Positions 38,771 through 53,400 of a DNA stretch of 64,000 nucleotides are shown here, in pieces. Position numbers and translations under genes: made by a program. This DNA is from Octopus sinensis (Eukaryota), in assembly GCF_006345805.1 (NCBI RefSeq), contig NC_043014.1:19716001-19780000 (forward strand). The letters are read 5' to 3'. Numbering within the stretch: the stretch's first letter is position 1; each line of letters opens with the position of its first letter. A model generated the notes under the pieces. It searched no databases. It saw only the letters and a program-made list of their open reading frames with translations, and was not told the DNA's origin.

Positions 38771-39395
38771 TAATTATTCTATCGTTTTCTTTCGCCGAAG
38801 CACCATGTTACGAGTACGTACACACCGGCACTTGCTGACAATCAGTGGTGGGTGCAAACACAAACACAAAGACAAAGACAAACACGCGTTAGCGCGCGCA
38901 CTCTTATACACACACACACACACATGTATAGACTTCTTTCAGTTTCCGTCTAACTAATCCATTCAGAAGCTCTGGTAGAAGACATTTGTCGAAGGTGGTT
39001 AGGAAGCTTCTTACCACATAGCGACGCCTACACACACACACACACACGAGGTCAATATAATAAGTACCAGTTGAACACTGGATTCGATGTAATCGACTTA
39101 CCCTCTCTCGAAGTTGCTGGCTCAATGCCGAAATATGAAACCAATATTTAGGTAGAATAGTAGTAAATGTTAAGAACTATAAAGATTGTTTCAGCTGATT
39201 ACATATCTCTAAATTAATTGCATTGCATATCAATCCTCCTAAGTACTTACACAGCACATTTGTGGATGAGTTGTAAATAAATTTGCATTCGTATATTTAA
39301 TAGATGTACTTCTAATTTCACTGAAAGAAACAAACCTCTATTTATACTTTTCTATCAAGCTATACCTAACTGTTTATCTATCTATCTATCTATCC

Positions 39396-39461
<66 letters not shown>

Positions 39462-40161
39462 TCTATTCTATTCTATTCTGTTCTATTCTATTCTATTCTA
39501 TTCTATTCCTTACTATTCTATTCAGTCTCTCCATTCTATCTAGCTGTTCTATCTCTGTCTCCTCTCCTTTTCTCACTTCCTGTAGATCAGATGAAACTGA
39601 CGAGCTGGCAATTAGCGGTGAAAATAGAAGCGGCGAATTCACGTTTTCTTTTTTCATTCATCCATTCATCCAAGCATTTATTCATCATACTATTCAGTTA
39701 TTTATGTACGTTTTTTTCATTTAATTATTCAATCAATCATTCATTCATTATTTATTGATTTGTTCGTTATTAGTTCACTCATTCACCTGATCATCCGTTC
39801 ATCCATCTGCGTATTCGTTCATTTGGATATTCATTCATTCTTTCTTTCGTCTCTTTGTTCGTTAGTCTCCTCGCTCAGATATATAAATTCAAGAGATAAT
39901 TCCATTAAGTTATCATTAAATTTTCACGTATAAAGACTAACAACAAGATTTTAGCTTTTGAAGTTAATTTACTAGAAGCTTCCGGCAAAAAGGATTAACT
40001 GAAGGATGGCTTCCTTTAATAAGACGTATTGATGTGTTATTTGGTTTGTAGTCGGTCAATGCCATAGTGATGGAGACGGTGTCTCAGCAGACTGACAGCT
40101 ACAGAGACCAAACTGACAGATGGTAGAGGAACACGGATTGCACAATGACATCAACAACAGC

Positions 40162-40210
<49 letters not shown>

Positions 40211-40299
40211 TAATAATAATAATAATAATAACAATAATAATAATAATAATAATAATAACAATAATAATAATGATAATGATAATAAGGATAAGGATAGTT

Positions 40300-40640
40300 T
40301 CTTTTATTAGCCACAGGAACATAGCGACAGGCAACAATTTACGTGAGGATTTACATAAAGGATGGGAAGAAGGAAATGGAAAACATGAATGATGCAGTCC
40401 ACCTGATACAAGAGAAATTCCAGCTTGGGCCAATCAAGAACCCCACCCACAGCCCCAGTATTATCCTGTCCAACAAAGGCAGGAATCTTTTTCTTCCTGT
40501 TTCTCTCCAATCTACACTCGAACCATTTTTAATAGTCACTCATCTTTTTACAAATTCACTGAGAGGTAGCACTTGACTATCTACCCTCACTTTCCTTTCC
40601 AAGTGCAACTTAAAAAAATTATGAGGGCTTGACCGAGGAG
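40300..40640 (-). mobile_element. L1/Tx1-clade LINE 3' end
   Basis: The minus strand reads FFKLHLERKVRVDSQVLPLSEFVKR*V, followed by a 3' UTR and a simple-repeat tract (40163-40290). A second similar C-terminal remnant (FKRKISVKVEV) lies near 40700-40960. Confidence 0.5.
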
Positions 40641-41299
40641 TAAGGTATCTTTAATAATAATATGCTTTATTTACCACTGGCGTTTCAAATGAAAAGTATG
40701 TTATAAAGATGGGACGAATGAAGTGTGGAGGTTTTCACAGAAAAAGTATTCCAGCATGATAAAGATTATATTGATCCAAGTTCGCTCTGAATACCAAGGG
40801 CAAGAGCCACCTCTCCAAATCTCTATCTCCGACCTGCAATTCTTGCTTGAGACTAGAATAATTCTTGCTGACAACACTACTTTCATCTGCCTTTCAGCAA
40901 ATTTATTACAATGGGACACCTCAACCTTGACACTTATCTTCCTTTTAAAAACGGAACCTAATAAAAGCAAACAGTAAAGAGTGTGTGTTTCAAGTAAACT
41001 AAATAAAAATACTGTAGACTTTATTTTAGTACGTATTGCAGTAAATTTACCCTATTGTTCCCCTTGATTATTTATACTAAATAATGAGTAGTATTAATTT
41101 AAAATCCCTCTGGTAAATAAAATTGATCAAAATGACCTCATTTTCTCTCGACACTGTATTTTATCGACCGTGGAATGATGTAATCCTAACGTGACATTTG
41201 TAGGGTTGGAACTGGAACACATACCGCAACTTTACTCTAACGTTTCTGGCAACACATTAGTTTTAGTAATAGATTTTGAACTTAGAAAGTAAAAACTCA

Positions 41300-41516
41300 G
41301 AAACGTTAGCACGCCGGGCGAAATTCGTAGCCGTATTTCGTCTGCCGTTACGTTCTGAGTTCAAATTCCGCCGAGGTCGACTTTGCCTTTCATCCTTTCG
41401 GGGTCGATAAATTAAGTACCAATTACGCACTGGGGTCGATATAATCGACTTAATCCGTTTGTCTGTCCTTGTTTGTTCCCTCTATGTTTAGCCCCTTGTG
41501 GGTAATAAAAAAATAA
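41300..41516 (+). mobile_element. SINE family B, well preserved (tRNA-like head, MetaSINE-like gcctttcatcctttcggggtcgataaa domain)
   Basis: B box gagttcaaattcc; flanking direct repeat taaaaactca. Confidence 0.85.
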
Positions 41517-41841
41517 GAAAATAAAAACTCAAAACAAATAGGAATTTTCTCTAAATCGCTTACAATTCTGTCAATTCAATAATGATAAAGAGAAAGGAAG
41601 GAAGAATGAAGATAAGACGTCAAGGAGAATGCTGTGGCATTCTTACATGGCCTAAAGACTGCAAGAACGGTATTACTTTGAAGAAGAAGGAGAGGAACAA
41701 AAAACGAAACTCACGTTTCTCACTGAAAGCAATGACCAACCACTTGTTTTTGACATCATTAAATTACTGCTCCCGACTGTAATTTTACGCATTAACAAGT
41801 TTGATTTTATAATACAGAAACTAATATTACAGTAACAGTGT

Positions 41842-42025
41842 GGGCGGCGACCTCGCAGAATTGTTAGCACACCGAGCAAAATCCTTAACGGCATTTCGTC
41901 CGTCTTTACGCTCTGAGTTAAAATTCCATCGAGGTCGACTTTGCCTTTCATCCTTTCGAGATCAGTAAAATAAGTAATAGTTCAGCATTTGGGACATTGC
42001 TGGCCTTGTGCCAAAATTTGAAATC
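41842..42025 (+). mobile_element. SINE family B
   Basis: 14-bp TSD aatattacagtaac (41823-41836 and 42026-42039). Confidence 0.85.
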
Positions 42026-42054
42026 AATATTACAGTAACTATCTACTTTACTCT

Positions 42055-42361
42055 TATTTTACTTATGCGCCCTTTTCAAGCCTAGCCAGGCTCATGGGCC
42101 CGGTTTCCCGGTTTCTATGGCGTATGTGTATGGTGTATGTGTTCCATCCCAGCTAGACAGGACGCCAAGAAACAGAAAGAAATAGTGAGAAAAAATTAGG
42201 GTGAAAGAGTACAACAGAGGTAGCCACCACCTCCTGCCGGAGCCTCGTGGAGCTTTAGGTGTTTTCGCTCAATAAACACACACAACGCCCGGTCTGGGAA
42301 TCGAAACCGCGATCCTCCGACCGCGAGTCCGCTGCTCTAACCACTGGGCCATTGCGCCTCC
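42055..42361 (-). mobile_element. SINE family D (distinct tRNA head and body) with tail type A
   Basis: Head ggaggcgcaatggcccagtggttagagcagcggactcgcggtcggagg...gtttcgattccc; 12-bp TSD ctactttactct (42043-42054 and 42362-42373). Confidence 0.85.
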
Positions 42362-43315
42362 CTACTTTACTCTAGGTGCCTTATAGAATGTAATCTACAT
42401 AATAGCGTACCTTATAGAAAGGTTCCTACAATATACATCATATTTTAGATCAGACATGGAGACACTGCAGTCTCTGGCACTTTCTGAATGGCACGCACCA
42501 CGACAAATTACCTTCAATGTATTTAGTAGTACGGCTTGCGTGATGATGAGCTCTGTGTCATGTTCCCTTCTTCTCGAGAAACTTTACCCATGCCTGCTGT
42601 AGACCACTGGACGTGTAAGTTAACCGATGAACATGAGTTTATTTAACTTATATTGTATGCTATGCTTTGTATTATATGATACGCTTCGACAAGTGTCTCT
42701 GACGTACGAGATGGTCTATACACTATGATCTAAATATATTAGCCACCGAGTCAGTATTGATATTGAGAGATAATATTTATTCTCACTTAAACGTGGATGT
42801 TCTGTTAGAACAAACTATACTGCCGTAGATACCATTAGAACATCTCTCATATTGGCTTTTGGAGCAAAATGAACGCATGTTTATATCACTAGCGGGGAGA
42901 AAATCCTCGCCATCTCCAGTGCCGTGATCACTATAATCTACCTTGTACAATAATTTTGCTGATAAACGTCTACATTTTTAGTGCATGAAAGATTATGGAC
43001 TTCATTCACCATTACTACCACACACTCTGTTTCTATTCGATATACCAGACCTCATAGACTGTGTCATGTTATGTGTTAGAATAGCTTCAGACTATGGTGT
43101 TTGCTGTACTTTAGATTGTAGTACACAGTCTGTATTGAACAGTACATTATAGAAGTGTTCTATATCTTAGAAACTGTAGAAAATACTCCACCATGTATTG
43201 GTTTCAAATGTTTGACCTCGGCGGAATTGGAACTCAGAACGTAGAGACGGATGAAATGCTGCTAAGCTTTTTTCCCCGTGTGCTAATGATTCTACCAGCT
43301 GGTCACCTTAATACT

Positions 43316-43361
<46 letters not shown>

Positions 43362-44946
43362 CAGACTTAGTTAATTACCCCCATAGCCTGCCATACTTTA
43401 TACAGTACCTTACACATGTTGAGTACTATCTTGCAGATAATAGCTCATGTGATTGCAGTTTGGAGTAAGGTGCTAGTAGAGTGATACTAAACGTCGATTA
43501 AACGAGCAGATGCGATAATATTTCTAACTCTTGCATGTATAAGGTAACATGATAGCCTCAACGCATTTGTTCTATATACTAGAAATAGTAGCCATTGGAC
43601 CATTTAGCTCTGATATTAAGAAAAAAATAGAATTATAGCGACATGAAAGTTGCTCACTATCGGTCAATTTCATCAGGGTTATCAAATCACCAACACAACA
43701 GCATATGTATCTAATACTATACACATAAATTCTCTTTGCTAATCCTAAACAATCGATATTGCGGTGAAGAATGACGCTTACCAAGGCTGACATATTTTTC
43801 AAGAAGACAGAATATTGGATATTGATTCAACAACCTATAATTGGCGTCGCGATGCATCCGATCTCATCTTACAAAATCTGGCTTTCGTCTCCTATTTAAT
43901 CGACATAGCAATTTCTTTCATCTTTATCTTTTAGCTTTATTTTCGAATTATATGATGGGTGTTACTTTGGAAATGTGATTGATATTGTTAGCACCTTCCA
44001 TCTCGATTGAAGAAGCATACGATTAACCCGGATTTTTTTCTGCATATATACAACTACAGAGGTATAAACCAAAATGTGTACTTTCTTTATTTTAAAACCT
44101 TAAGAGGAAATTAGCTGCTACTTCTAACACTTCGATCACTTGCGTAGAATCTCGTTGGTACACGCTTGGTGTTCTCAATGTGTTTGTTATCGCTGTGTAT
44201 CTTTATATGACCTCTTATACAACAGATATCCGAAAAAAACATCAAGATAAAAGATAATCAACTTCACCATCAAAGGAAGATGAGAGAGTTCGACGCTTCA
44301 CATATTGGACTTTCATCAAAAAACTAAGAGGAAAACAAAAGTACGTAGAAAAAAAAAAGAAGTGGATATTCAATGGCAGTTCTGCTGTGAAAATAAATAG
44401 CTTGTACTACTGTTCGTTGCTTTGTTTTATTTTTCTTAAATGCTTTTGATATATTGCAATGCTGATGTAGATTTTACATCTGCATTATACACGATTTCAT
44501 TTATGATACAAAGCTCTAGGTCCTATACTATAGGATGTAAGCTGTCGGCTGGACAAGTACGTATGATTCACAGTCATACGTAGACTTAGCTATGCCGTAA
44601 CTCCTCCTTGTTCGGGTGTAAACTATGTGATCAGACAGACCGTGTCAAGTATACTCAACATTTATCATTTTACTGTGTTTATAATTTCAGGTTCTTCAGT
44701 GTCAAAATTGAACAAATTCTTTTACTGTAATTTGTGCGACAATTTACTTCCTGTGGTTTTGTAGCCCATGCTATTTCTATGAAAAGGGACGTGAAGATAC
44801 TAATGTTATGTTGTTAACTCCTGTTGGCATCGTAGAAGTATCGTTATGACGTACAAGTCTAGATTCTAAACCTGGTGGAGCTCATCCATTTCCATGACTA
44901 AACACAAAGACTTCCTCTAATAAAAATGTGAGAAAGAGAGAGAGAA

Positions 44947-44994
<48 letters not shown>

Positions 44995-45589
44995 CGATGG
45001 GTGGAGGAAGACAGTGGAAAAGAGAGAAAGAAAAAATGGCTATATTAAGCGACTGTTAGTTTATTTATCGATCTCAAAAAGATGAATGTTGGCCTCAGTA
45101 GAGCGCAGAAGGTTGGAACTAATATCAGAACATTGTTTCTGGTGCCCCAACGATTGTGCCTGACTTGTGTGATGAAAAGTGTGAAGTTGTTAGTACGAAC
45201 CCATTCTTCCGTCACACACACTCACACATGTGTGTGCCTCTGTGTGTGTGTATTGCAATTTATGTAGCTTCTCACACAGTGATAGGCAGTCGAGAAGAGA
45301 GGAATGATCATATCTACACGTGTTGCTTAATGTGCAGTAGTTAAATATACTTTCCATATAATATGCATTAAATTGAACGTTGACTTTTGTCATATATTTA
45401 TTACATACATATACCTCATCGAACTGTTCATTGCTGCATCTTTATGAATTGCTTATTTCATAACAGCAGATATAGTATTCATCTTGTCCTTTGTATATTC
45501 AAGAGTGTATGGATCGAATATCTTGCCTTATTTGAGACAAAGCGGCATATTTCAATTCATAGATTTTTGATTGCTATTTTTGACAACGT

Positions 45590-45836
45590 GGAGGTGCGTG
45601 GCGTGGTGGTTAGGGTGTTAGCATCATGATCGTAAGATTGTGATTTCGATCCCTGGACCGGGCGACGCGTTGTGTTCTTGAGCAAAAAACTTTATTTCAC
45701 GTTGCTCCAGTCCACTCAGCTGGCAAAAATGAGTGATGCTGGGATGGACTGGCGCCCCGTCCTGCTTGGGAACATATACACCACAGAAACCGGGAAACCG
45801 GGCCCATGAGTGTGACTAGGCTTTAAAAGAGCGTAT
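45590..45836 (+). mobile_element. SINE family C head with tail type A
   Basis: ggaggtgcgtggcgtggtggttaggg...ttcgatccc...ttgtgttcttgagcaa...gaaaccgggaaaccgggcccatgag. Confidence 0.85.
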
Positions 45837-47934
45837 TAAAATTATTAATTCTTGACAATACAATAACCACGTAATAAATTCGTCGCAAGTTCATACGAAC
45901 AAGACTTGAGCTCAAATCCTGACAAGATCAGCACAACCTTTTATCCTTCCCAAATCAATGGCAACAAGTGCCAGACAAGTACTGCATCGGCGTAATTACG
46001 AAATCGTTCAGGAATAATTTTGTTTTTATAGTTTATTAATGATTTTTTTTCTAACATGACAGGAGTTGTTTTTTTGTTTTTGCTTTTTTCTTTGATACAT
46101 GGCACTAAAAATAAATTTAGTTTCAATTTATACAAGAATTTCTGTCTTGAATTTATTGTTGTTATTGTTGTTGCCATTGCTGATGTCAAGTTATTGATGT
46201 TGTTATTGATTTTTGTTTTACTTCAAACGCTGTTTTTAGGATTAGAATTCCTAGACGCTTAAAATTGGTAAGATTAAAATCTCGACAAGTAGACAGTTAT
46301 ACGCAACGGCACACTTGGAATAATTATTTGAAATTATCTTTCTCTTGTTTTGCAGAATCTCTGGATTTCTATCCTATTTGACGCTTCGCTAAACACTCCT
46401 ATTGTTTCTTTTTTCTATCTTTTAAAATTATGCTTGTTTATTTTTAATTTTATTTTCGTGTTTTAATTTTTTTTCTCTGATCTTTTCTTTATTACTTTGG
46501 AAATTTTCCATGAAAATAAAAAAAACATGAAAATAAAAAAAACAAATTCTTCAATTTGGCAACGGAAGAAGACAAATTACTAGAAACGTTGATGTAATTT
46601 GATATGCTGTATATCAAATTTCTTCTTCAATGGACCGGCATGGCAGCCAACAACGAAAGGCCCCAGTGTTATTAGAGTTAAATCTATCATAAGTTACGTC
46701 CTACTAAGATGCACTACGAAACACTCATTCGAGGGTTCCAAGGTCTGTGGCATTAGGGTTGAGTCTACACAATATTATCACGAACAACTCGTTCTTCAAA
46801 CTTGTATTCTTAGATCCTGCCGGAATTTAAAGTTGTGTTCTTTCTTTCACATGTCGATACAATATAGCATCAGTAATCTTACTGGATATATTCAGCTAAT
46901 TACATTCTCTTATAAAATGAATTCACCTCTCCTTAAATAGAAGTATTGCAATTATGATTATGATGGCTAGTGCAATCACTGGGATAGAGTTCAGTAACCT
47001 TTTGGTATCTAATGATAATACTATAGGCACATGGCCCGCAGTTTTTCGTCAGTTCATACCATCGATCCTAGTACTCAGTACTTCGTTTTATTTAACGTTG
47101 CAACTTGGTTGTGTCGTTAGAGCGTTTGTTACATTGCCTGACGCTTATTTGATCACCTCTTTGTACTCTGACAACCACGCCCAGGTAAAATTTATCTTTC
47201 GCAGTTGATAAAGTACCAATCCATGGCAGCGGATTAATTGAATTTTTAGAGTACCGTAAGTTCATATTGCAGTTTTTGTTCCGGCCTTCTTCGTCCTGAT
47301 TTCAAATCTCATCGTTTTTGTCCGAAAAAATGGAAAGATAAATGAAAAATAACAGTGATGCTTTTGTCAGGAGTTGTGACTAAAAGGCAATTATTACCAA
47401 ATGAAAATCGATCGTTTGTTTCGATTGGTTCGGCGGCGGTGGGATATTGATGAACCTAATGATTCTAAATGAAGTCTGAGAATTACATTTATTTCGATGC
47501 ATTAACTTTTTGAAAGAATTAAGATAATTACGAATAAAGTAGAGACATTTTATTTTCACTTCTTTGATTCATCCTATTTCAGTCATGTACCTACCAGAAG
47601 TTAACAAAGGAATTCACATCAACGCCTGTTCATACCACCGAAACATTAAACCACTGATGGATTCGAAGCCGACAACCGTGACACTGTAACCATTTGGCCA
47701 CGTTGAAATAACTATCAAATCTGCTTCAAATCACTTGCATCGTGTTATAAAAGGAAAACTCATTTAAAGCAATAATAAAGCATGAGGAGTTTAGAGCTTG
47801 CGCGTCATTAATCGCAGGTTTGCCCAATCAAGGATGAACTGGCATTAAACAACAAAAGATAACGTGCAAGACTGCCAATGCTGGAATTTTAATCTTAGTT
47901 TATTGGTTTACATTCTGAAAATAATTTTTTAAAA

Positions 47935-48088
47935 CTTTTACTTGCTTCAGTCATTAGACTGCGATCATGCTGGGGCACCGCCTTGAAAAATTTTTAATCG
48001 AATGAATCGAACCCAATACTTTTTTTTAAAAGCTTGGTCCTACAAACACCGATTGTGAGGCGGTGACGGGAGACGACAGCAGACAAAA

Positions 48089-48127
<39 letters not shown>

Positions 48128-48250
48128 GCATCTTTGAGTTTCCATCTATCAAATTCCACTGACAAGGTTTTGGTCGGCCCAGTTGCCATACGATGGAACT
48201 GAACCCGAAGCCATTTGGTTGCGAAGCAAGCTTCTTACCACACAGCCACT
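47935..48250 (-). mobile_element. SINE family A, decayed
   Basis: ttttacttgcttcagtcattagactgcg...cttcttaccacacagccac. Confidence 0.75.
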
Positions 48251-48597
48251 TTCTCTTGCATACCTCAAATAAATTCTTGAAAATAATTCCTATCTAAAAT
48301 GAGAATACGTCACGTGCATTTATATATTTACATCCACTGCAGCTTTTGGATATTAACACTAGTGTGAGAATGAAAGGAAGAGATGTGAAGCGTGAGAAAT
48401 AGAGGAAATATGAAAAGGGGATGAACATTCGAGGTTCTTAGAGACAGAAAGGTAATATTTAACGCGTGAAAGTGTGTAATTGTGTATGGGAGGAGCAAAA
48501 GCAAAACTAGATTCAAATAGGGAGAAAGAGAAAGAGAGAGAAAAGGAAGAGTAGGAATAGGTTGTAAAAGCCTTCGCATTACGATATCTTTATTCTA

Positions 48598-48815
48598 AGG
48601 CAACGAGCTGGCGGAATAGTTAGCAAACCCGGCAAAAGGTTTAGCGGCATTTCGTCTGTTTGCATGCATGTTCTTAATTCAAATTACGCGAAGGTTGACT
48701 TTGATTTCCGTCCCTTCGGGGTGGACAAAATAAGTACCAGTTGAGTACTGAGGTCGATATAATCCAATGACACCCCGTCTGAAATTGCTAGCAATGTGCC
48801 AAAGTTTAAAGCCAT
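48598..48815 (+). mobile_element. SINE family B
   Basis: ggcaacgagctggcggaatagttagc...cccttcggggtggacaaaataagtaccagttgag. Confidence 0.75.
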
Positions 48816-49859
48816 TGTTGGATCTATATTTACATCATTCCCTATTTCTATATAATTAAAGAGTAAATAAATTCATGGCGTGATCAATTGAAAATCATTA
48901 TGCTGCATTGTCTTTCTTTGGTTATTTCTTCAGCTCATTTGTAACGTGAGAGCGTTTCATATGACATTCATTTAAAAACAGAAACAATATAATAATCAAG
49001 AATACTGAAGAAAATGCTAGTTCTATAGGTCATAATTTTCCAAAGTACTATTTCACTTTTGTGTGTGTGCATGTGTTTATGTTTGTATGTGTGTGCGTGT
49101 GTTTATGTGTGTATGTGTTCACGTATGAGCGTGTAAGCCTTAGTTCCAGTCTCTCCTTGTGCAGTATGTCACAAGAAGAAATCTCCACAGCACTCATAAA
49201 AGCGATATCAAGTTCTTAAGCCAGGCCCGAATCTTTCTTCAATGATAGTATCCTGTGGGTTACTCAGCCCACCTCTTAACATGACTCCTTAACTTTTGAT
49301 ATGATCGCATCAGGAAATCATTAACATGGTCCGAAAGCAATATCTTTGGAAGACGTTGGTGGTTCTACCATACATCTAAATGGTAACTTCGTTTGTTTCA
49401 CAACCATAACTCACCGGTAGCTTGAAGATAGATGTATAGAGGTAGAGTTTTGTACCATGGCTGATATAAATATATGTACTATATTCTGTCTTTTGTATCT
49501 AGCTGCTAATGTTATGTATCTATGTTTGTGGTGCATCGTGAGCTGTGTATGGGCGGCGCCATTTTAGTTGTTTTAACCTTGAATGTGTATTATTTACAGT
49601 CATAATAATTTATGAAAGGAAGGTAAACTTCTACTTAAAAAGAAACGGTGGGGGAAGTCAATGATGGAAGAACAGTTACGTAATCTTAAATTTAAGGACT
49701 ACCTTACACAAAATAGAAATGAAATCAGCAACTGTTGAAGCTGCAGCATAACTAAATCCACACAAACGAATCAGAAACGTCTCTAACACATAAGAAATGT
49801 TTTGCTATGGCTAAACTTAGTATTGATATTTCTCTATTAATGCTAAATAATGATGAACG

Positions 49860-51390
49860 GAGAGTGAGCAAACAGTCAAAAGTGAACTACTCTTTGTCGG
49901 TTGTTTTATGAACATAAAGCGCTACTCATCTGTAACAGAGGATTAACAGACTGTATAATTACTTTAGTGTATTATTCAGATTGGAATGACTTTCTTAAAA
50001 ACAAAAACAGTTTTAACGTTAATTCTGCAAATCACAAAATGTTTCTATCATAATTCATAAAAGTTCAGTCATTTCAGTTACCATCATTTTGGCTGTAATT
50101 ATCAGTGGCTTTGATTTGAACAACTATCATGTCGTAGACATTTTATTATATATACTACAATAGTTGAAAATGAAACAGGTCTTAGTCTTTACAATTCTGT
50201 CAAAGGTACCTTGCGTGAGAGAAATTTTCCTCTAGGAAATATTATTGGATTCACAAGCGGTAATTGTTCTTCCACGGTGGGCGACAAATGTGAATTCCTA
50301 AAATTATAGAAATACACCGTACCTTCTATTTTATTATGAAACGTGACTTTTATTATTTTTCTCTCTGTGTGGTCCTACTGTCAGCGTGTTGCCGTCAATT
50401 TTAGAGACTTTGCTAAAAGATTTTTATATTACTTTTCTTACAGTAGCAAGACAGAACGGCATTTCAAAAAGTTGTTGCGACAACTTTCCACAAATTCCTT
50501 AAACTTTCTCAAATAAGGTACCTTTCCTCAGAAGTGAATCAAAAGTTGACAAAGTTGACGATACCAGGTGAATTTATGAGATACTAAACAATCACGGACT
50601 CAAGAACATGCTACTTATTCTTCATTATGTACGGAAGAATGTGAATGTATTGGATATAGAATAACTGTCTGAGCATGTCAGGTGCTTTTGTCTGCATTTA
50701 ATGACATTTATCAGGATACAGACATCTCGTGAGTCTCCTTACCAAAGATGAATTACAGGTATATATTAAATTATCAGAAACGGATTCAAGCAATGAAAGT
50801 AATTACAAAAATATTAATGATGTTTACCTGGGAGGAAAGGCATCAGAACATTTAATTAATGGAACTTTTGATGATGTAATCAATGTTAGAAGATTTCAGA
50901 CTGATTGCATGAAATGCCAAGTGAAATTATGCATCTAAATAAGAAATATATTTCGTTTCAGTGGAGATGTAGTTATTGCTAAATTAATGACATTAAAAGC
51001 AAAGATAGCTTACTATCGCAGTCTATATCCTGCATCAGTTATTTAACTATTTGTTTATTCCCCAGCCTTTGTGTCAGAAAGAAGTCCTAATGATCTTGAT
51101 CATCAATGAAGATATAACAGCAGACGCTTTACCTCTGCCTCTATAGAAAATATTTCTCAAGCTAAAAGACTTAAATGATGGAGTTCATAATTCAGAATGT
51201 AATTCATTATCCGAATTTAAGAACTATTTAACCATTTCACCACATTTGACAGCATGACTTCAAGGAAGAATCACTCTAATGAAGTGCATCATAACAAATA
51301 GCACCGATTTTTTTTTAACCGGTGAGTGTAACGCACAGATTAATTGAAAAGCTATCTTTGCTAGAAATATTATGGAAAGCACAATGTAGG
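49860..51390 (+). pseudogene. Highly decayed hAT-superfamily transposase
   Basis: FPLGNIIGFTSGNCS..VG (catalytic D region), YYFSYSSK, HKFLKLSQIR (similar to the xTRW motif), DVYLGG, and a decayed dimerisation region near 51240-51310. Confidence 0.55.
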
Positions 51391-51834
51391 GACCCGGAAA
51401 AGAATAAATTAAAGTCTCGGAAGAAGTTTCTGTAAGCAAAAAATAATTAGGAGGAATTAAAAGAAAAAAAAAAGAAGCAGGCTGAAAACAACAAGACGAA
51501 GAACTGTGCTCAACGTTTAAAGTTAAGTTAAATACTGCGATGTTGTTTTTATAATCTGGGCTTTCTTCCTTTTGAGTCTTCCTCACCCACTTTTTGTCCT
51601 GACTGTAATTTGGAATCTTCTTGAAAATCCTATTGAAATTTCAGACAACACGTTAGCTGTCTAATTCTGAAACTAAGACTGCTTATGACTGAGTTCACTC
51701 GCCTAAAGGCGGCCCATATGTTTTCCAACAATTTCCTTCTTTTTGCATTTGTTTAGTGATAAAATTGGACCTAAACCATCAAATTTATGATCAACGTCAT
51801 CCCAGTAGTCATCATCGGATTCCTTTACGTTTTA

Positions 51835-52020
51835 CCTTTTACTTGTTTCAATATTAGACTGCGACTATGCTGTGGCAACACCTTCAGGTATTTTAGTCAA
51901 GCGCATCGATCACAGTACTTACTTTTTGTTTGCCTAACTGCTATATTACGGGAATATAAACAAACCAACATTTGTTGTCAAGTGGCAGTTGGACATAAAC
52001 AGAGATTCAACCACACACAC
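51835..52020 (-). mobile_element. SINE family A 3' fragment
   Basis: ttttacttgtttcaatattagactgcgactatgctg. Confidence 0.6.
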
Positions 52021-52028
52021 TCATTATT

Positions 52029-52152
<124 letters not shown>

Positions 52153-52399
52153 CACAAATATACACAAATATACACATATACAGAAAGAGAGAGCGAATTG
52201 CAATGTCTGAAGAATTTCTAATTTTTTGTGAAAATTGTTTGTAATTTCGGGTAGATTTATATATTCTGTTTGACAGTCAAATCAATAAGACTACTTAAAA
52301 TTTATTTTGTTGGGTACCACTGTACTTTAGCCCACTTTCAAGTCGAATGGAATTTGTTAATTAACATTAACTAGATACATCTAATGAGAATGAACAATT

Positions 52400-53400
52400 C
52401 ATTCACCATCTTAGGCAGCAGTGTCGGCAGTGCTGTATAATTTATAAGATTTTGTCTAGACTGCAATCATGAAACCAAATTCTCGCATTTCATTTATATT
52501 TGGCACTAGGTTGGGCTTTACATCCAACGTTTATCTGAAGATGCACAGAAAAATTATTCAGTTTCAACCACTAATAAAATCCACAGAATATTGTGGTGTA
52601 ACAAAACTGCAAAACAGTTTATAATCCATTGGCATATGATCACAATATACAGCAATAGGGATGGCGTATATACAGCAATTGTGATGGTGCATTTTCCCTA
52701 ATGCAGGATTGATACGTTTCTAAAACTAGCATTTGATTTCATAACTTGAGAGGATATAACTCGATACTGCGAAACACGTAGCTTCATGATTCTATTTTTT
52801 ACTATCTTACGATTCTTCTCACATTTAATTTTATATACTTACCTAGCCTTACTATCATACAGCGGTTGTATTAATACTGCTTGAAATGTCGAGATTCAAG
52901 AAATGTTTCCGCCTGAAGAGATCGACAGAGAATAAATGGAGTGTAAATTATTACCTCGACAGACAAGATTGTTGGCAGTCAGAGACAAACAGATATCCAA
53001 CGCTTCATAGATGTTGTTTAGACATGTCTGGATTACGGTTCTTCCAAAATTTAGCTATTTCTATAGGTAATTAAGTTAACTGATATTCAAACACCACCCA
53101 TTTGCGATTTTAAAGAGCCATACATAAAATATGTATTTGCTTTCGTTTAACTACAAAATAAATCATAACTGATTGAATGAGAAAACCAACGGTGAGTGTA
53201 TTTAATATTCAGAAGCCTTCCTCACGTTTGTTCGCTCAAACTACATTTCAACTGCTTGTAAAGATAGTCGCTAAATTCTGCCTACTGAACTGCAATTGCT
53301 TGACTGAAAAGATCGAACGAGATCAAACCATGTCTGTTCCTTCACCAGTTTGTTTTCAAGATGGGAACCAGTTTCAACAACATTGTAAAAATGTGGATTA
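52400..53400 (-). pseudogene. Decayed hAT transposase (ZMYM1/DUF4371-like)
   Basis: Minus strand LDICLSLTANNLVCRG (similar to LA..NLAFRG) near 52955-53002 and FFCASSDKRW near 52522-52552. Confidence 0.45.

Noticed and set aside
42290-42361. tRNA gene (also at the other SINE heads)
   Set aside because: The tRNA-like head continues into a SINE body with a tail and TSD, and there is no proper acceptor stem or terminator.
42450-43920. Possible very old LINE RT remnants
   Set aside because: Only vague motif resemblance, with inconsistent strand and frame; not supportable without a search.
48328-48579. Possible PLE fragment on the minus strand
   Set aside because: It shows only compositional similarity to 11986-12483 and no diagnostic motif.
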